From contig CAVNZM010000007.1 of assembly GCA_963693365.1 (NCBI GenBank), positions 9,669,962 through 9,733,961 of the forward strand: DNA of 64,000 nt, written 5' to 3'. Source of the DNA: Amoebidium appalachense. Taxonomy: Eukaryota > Protista > Ichthyosporea. A program made the position numbers and the translations under genes. Within the stretch, counting starts at the first letter, position 1, and every line of letters begins with the position of its first letter. Below the pieces are notes generated by a model. It was not told the origin of the DNA. It ran no database searches and saw only the letters and a list, made by a program, of their open reading frames with translations. Shown here piece by piece: positions 59,970 through 64,000 of the stretch.

Positions 59970-60820
59970 TCCCACCCCCACCCCCCCGCCCCGTTGAAAC
60001 AAAGTATGGGTTGGGAACCACGCGCGAGAGGTTAAAGAGTCGAAGCCCGTGCTTTTGTGGAGGCATAGGAACCCCCCTGATGATGGGCTCTGTTCAAGTG
60101 TCCTCTGCCTGCACGCTTAAATTGTTTGATTTTGGTTTTCCCACTTTTGTGACGTTTTGTTGTGGCTCTTTGTTGTCTCCTCCATATTTCCAACCCTCTA
60201 ACACATCCCCCTCCCCCCCCCCCCCCCCCCCCCTCTCCCTACCTGCCTCTGTGCCTCTTTCAGCCTACAAGCCCTCCCGTATGCCTGGGCTGGAAATCGA
60301 ATTTTACTTGGGGCGGGGGGCTCACCTTTTCTATACATCGAGCATATCTGGTGCGCAGGTTGTCCTTCTTTTTCCAAAAGATTATGCAAAAAGTTTGCGG
60401 CTAGCCTGCAACAGAACAGATGGGCACTCTATGTACATAGGGGATGCGGGCGGGCGACGAAGGGAAGAGGGTGATTAAAGGAGCAAAGTGATGGCCAAGC
60501 TGTGTGGCTCACATGGGCCCACTCCACAGGGGGGCAGCAGGGGTTAAAGCAGACATACACGGAGTTTGCTAAGAGTCTGCGTGACCAGCTGACAAAGAAA
60601 AAGGGCCAAAGGAAGGTGGACTCCAAGGTCTCGGTGGAGGAGACCGCCCAGAAGCAAGGTGAGGGGCCAGGGGTGTGTGGGTGCATGGTCAACGGTGTTT
60701 GCGCTTTGATTTGTGGGTGTTATAGGTGTGGGTATAGTAGGTTTAGGTGTGTGCATGTGTACGTGCGTGTGTGCATGTCCGTGTGCGAGTGCTTGTGTCT
60801 TTTTTTTTCTTTTTTCTTTT

Positions 60821-60852
<32 letters not shown>

Positions 60853-60949
60853 GGGGGGGGGGGCTCTTGCATAGTCTGGAAGCCCATTTGTGCACCCATT
60901 TCAATATGAAATACGAGGCAGGAGCGAGGTTTGCCCCAATGTCGAAGGC

Positions 60950-60980
<31 letters not shown>

Positions 60981-61181
60981 TGGTGTCGATTTGTCTAACA
61001 TGTATGCATGTTTGCAACTGACACGGTAAACAGGGCTTCTGCAGCGCCTGGCACTGGGCACCGTAGCTGTGCCGGCCAGTGCCGTGGCCATAGTGCTGAT
61101 ACTGCTGCTTGCATCCACCATCGTCAACCTGTCCCTCTACCGGGCAGTATACGCCATGCAGCCACAGGTAAACACTCAGCC

Positions 61182-61226
<45 letters not shown>

Positions 61227-61466
61227 CCACCACCACCACCACCACCACCACCACCACAGTACCGTGACTGCACCACCACCACCACCACCACAGTACCGTG
61301 ACTGCACCACCGCCACCACCGCCGCCGCCGCCCCACCCTCCCTTCTCCTGTTAGCTTGCTAAGGGGGAATCCACACACCCCTTCACACCTACGAACAATG
61401 ATTATTAAGGTGTTAGGAGAGCAGGTGTTTTGCCTGTAGGGAGAGAGAGAGAGAGAGAGACTGAGG

Positions 61467-61542
<76 letters not shown>

Positions 61543-62213
61543 ATTTTTATTTTATTCAATGATTTTTTTTTTATTTTATTTTTTTTTTTTGGGGGGGGGG
61601 GGGAGGAGAAGAGGGAGGGGGTTGAAACTGAATAAAACTAATGGATGAACTTTTCTGGCTCTTGGGTCTTGTTGCAGGACTGGCCATGACAAAATTTGGA
61701 TCTTCACGACCCCCCCCCCCCCCCCCCAACGTCCACCACCACCACCACCACCCGGCTCATCCACCGCCTTTTCTTCTCCCTCATGTCCATATGCGTAACA
61801 ACAAGTACCAACCCCTAGGAACTTTTTCCTGAAGAGATGGGATGCTTTTGGAAAAAATGTACGCCGGGGGGGAGGGGGGGGGGACAAGTACAGGTAAGGA
61901 AATACACCACAGCACCTCCTCCATTGACACTGGATCCCCTGCAGGCCGTAGACCCCACCGTCAGTGTTGGCGGCATCAAAGCCGAGGGGGAAGACAGCTG
62001 TCCGGCCACCGGCTGTGCAGATCCAGCACACGACCCCCCCCCCCCCCCCCCCCCCCCCTCCCCCTCCCCTCCCCCCCCTCCTTCCCCTTCATCGCCATCT
62101 CCACAAAATCCACCCACACCATCCATCACCATCACCCATCACTGCACACACAGGGTGACTCTGGAGCTTCGCGTACATTTCCCCTGCACACCACATCTGC
62201 CCACCGTGGTTAA
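42326..62213 (+). CDS. Multi-C2-domain + VASt (StART-like sterol-transfer) + C-terminal transmembrane protein; 3' end uncertain
   Basis: C2A: [37 protein letters not shown] (42326-44169). C2B: [54 protein letters not shown] (45260-48660). C2C: [27 protein letters not shown] (51225-56239). VASt: [66 protein letters not shown] (56902-60658). [22 protein letters not shown] (~61080-61140). Last exon(s) 61944-62213/62307 tentative. Confidence 0.82.
42784..42837. repeat. 27-bp perfect tandem duplication (intronic)
   Basis: GGCTCTCTCACTCTGCATGTCGAAAAT x2. Confidence 0.9.
47925..48190. repeat. Degenerate ~21-22-bp minisatellite (intronic)
   Basis: Recurrent TTGTGATATACTGGAAGAATGA / TTGTGATATACCGGAGAGATA-like units. 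Confidence 0.8.
53103..53312 (+). repeat. Dispersed ~210-bp repeat, copy 1 (contains hammerhead-like motif)
   Basis: Near-identical to 59993-60202 (GTTGAAACAAAGTATGGGTTGGGAACC...CTCCATATTTCCAACCCTCTAAC); its 3' end recurs at ~51486-51515. Confidence 0.9.
53110..53202 (+). ncRNA. Candidate hammerhead ribozyme with permuted (pseudoknotted) strand order
   Basis: CTGATGA 53188-53194; GAAAC 53153-53157; GUU triplet 53121-53123; stem III AAAGTATGGG/CCCATGCTTT; stem II AGAGTC/GGCTCT; stem I GGG/CCC. Identified by eye; activity untested. Confidence 0.45.
53350..53832. repeat. Pyrimidine-rich tandem repeat, about 8 units separated by variable poly-C
   Basis: Unit ~GACCCCCTCTCCCTTTTCCTTCTTTCCCCCT(G/T)TGC followed by (C)n. 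Confidence 0.8.
54339..54980. mobile_element. Palindromic MITE with TTAA target-site duplication in an intron of the C2-VASt gene
   Basis: TTAA 54335-54338 and 54981-54984; TIR GGGCGCTGGATCTGTGGG / CCCACAGATCCGGCGCCC; internal inverted arms (CACGCGCAGATTT..CTTTTCACTA vs TAGTGAAAAG..AAGTCTGCGCGTG; GCCGTTTTGTTCGCCT vs AGGCGAACAAAACGGC). Confidence 0.85.
56234..56428 (+). repeat. ~28-bp minisatellite derived from an exon/intron boundary
   Basis: GATGGGGTATGTGTGATTGTTAAGRCC-like units; the first unit spans the donor GT at 56240. Confidence 0.75.
59993..60202 (+). repeat. Dispersed ~210-bp repeat, copy 2
   Basis: Matches 53103-53312 with few substitutions, including GAAAC->GAAGC in the hammerhead-like core. 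Confidence 0.9.
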
Positions 62214-63513
62214 CTGCATAGCCACCAGCACCACGATAACTGGGACTCAACACCTGCCGAAGGCCATCTACGTATGTTCTGCAACGAAACATGCATGCCG
62301 CACATGAACATTTGTGATTTATCGCGACTCTTTTCTTTAGCGGAAGTATTCTTGTCAGGAGACACCTCTCCCTCGCACACACTTTCCCTCTAGGTTTTCT
62401 GGGGTGGCAACGTAAGTTCGACTGCCACACATTTGGAAACTGTCACCTATTTACGAAGGCCTCTAGACTAGCCTAGTTTGTTACCGATAAACTAAATATG
62501 ACCAGGGTAGTGAGTGATATATGTACTTTTGGTGCAGCATCTTTTTAGGAAGACTGAATAAGCATCGGCTAACTCAACCAGCCCATATATTAACGAAGTG
62601 TTAAGAGAGATAAATCGCCGCCGTGGGCATGATTTGGGTGATAGCAAGGTTGTGAAGAGACTAGGCCTTCTAAACGCTGTGAAGTAATAGGTAATAAAAA
62701 GACCTATAATAGAACATGCCGAAAGCCCCTGCCATAGGAATGATGTAGTCGATCGATTCAAAACGGCTTGGATCAGCCCCGTGCTAATGTTTGGGCTAAG
62801 GCTGGATTAAAAAACACAACCAAAGGCCCCGATCCGAAAGCATTTCACCAATATGAAAAACAAGACAGCAGCAGTGTTTTTGGTTTATTTAACGCACTAC
62901 GTAGTACCTGTCAAGTAAGGTACAAAGGAACGTGTGCACGTAAGGTACAAGGTGGTGGTGATGACCGTGACAAGCAGATTGTATGCAGTGCATGCACTTG
63001 TTAGCACGCCCTGACTGTTCTTCCTTCTGAAGCCGTACGATCAAATGAACTCTAGCTCCAGCTTTCAATCTTCTTCCCTTGAATAAGAACTACCAGCTAC
63101 CCCATATGGCACTAGCAGAGGTCCCAGGCACCTGTCATTTATGTTTTTCTCCGATCGAGGCTCTGTTGTCTGTCTGCAGCACAGTGATTAGTCTGCTCAT
63201 GACATCATAAGATTGAGAATCTACTTTGACCGAATGGGGCAAAACGTTTGGTCGCGTTTAGGCGGGTCTACATAGAAGACTATCTAAGCCACTCGTGGCG
63301 CTGATCCCAGTCTCAGCGACGGCTCTTGCATTACAGTAGTATTTTTCGCGTTGAGTGCTGCTTTTTTTGTTGTTTTCTTGTTGTTTTTTTTTGACATCTC
63401 AAAGGGCCACACACCAAACTGTGGTCTTACACAGGTCTTGCACAAGAATTTCTTCATTTACTGCCGACGCTCACCTTTCCACAAGCTTTTTCCAACTCGT
63501 TTGTTCTAAACAG

Positions 63514-63657
63514 GGCTCGAAGGTTCCCGACCCTTCCCATGCCACGGGCCGCATAGTTACCGAGCATCACGGTGTTGATGACAACGCTGCCGCACAGGCA
63601 GTATATACGGGGAAAAAACATGTTTTGCGGCGCATGCGCGCACCACTAAGTCAGAAG
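63514..63657 (+). CDS. Possible internal exon of an unidentified downstream gene
   Basis: CTAAACAG acceptor and AAG|GTTGGT donor flank a 144-nt open frame (GSKVPDPSHATGRIVTEHH...RAPLSQK). A second candidate exon lies at ~62749-62914. No recognisable domain. Confidence 0.25.
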
Positions 63658-64000
63658 GTTGGTGCCAAGGCGTGGTCTCTCCCTCTCCCTTGTTCGCTAC
63701 CTTGTCTGGTGCTGCACCCTTCTCTGTCTCCCTTCATTACCGTTCTTGTTCCGCTTGGTAGCAACTATTCAACTCTTTCTGGCCGTAGATTTTTCCCCAC
63801 ATAAATCCTGTCCTGACAGAAGCTGGGCAAACTGGGTGCTTTTAGGGACAGTGCATCTTTGCGTCTGCCCTTGGTAGCAAAACATGAGCTTTGTGATGGC
63901 AAGGATTTATGTACGTTATCGTGTTTGCTCCTGATGCCTATTTCTCAGGGGGTTGTTTTCTGTACGCTCGAGGGTTGTGCTTTTCTTCTGATCATAAGCA

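Overview
Eukaryotic, intron-rich DNA (probably a protist; lineage not assignable from sequence alone). Introns are packed with (CA)n/(CT)n microsatellites and long poly-C/poly-G tracts, so most ORFs in the supplied track are spurious. Manual GT-AG splicing gives five genes: (1) a 20-exon minus-strand trifunctional heal-and-seal tRNA/RNA ligase (Trl1-type ligase, kinase and 2H cyclic phosphodiesterase) with an RGG-rich tail; (2) a divergent Lys/Ala-rich histone-H1-like AT-hook protein ending in a Trp-rich amphipathic helix; (3) a class C-type 7TM receptor whose ectodomain resembles a bacterial sugar-binding protein; (4) an ARF-family GTPase; (5) a divergent 3xC2-VASt-TM lipid-transfer protein. 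Also present are two TTAA-flanked palindromic MITEs, several minisatellites and a dispersed ~210-bp intronic repeat. That repeat holds all hammerhead-ribozyme core elements in a non-canonical, pseudoknotted strand order and is the most unusual signal in the window. Three apparent +1 frameshifts at short C/G runs are most likely homopolymer errors.
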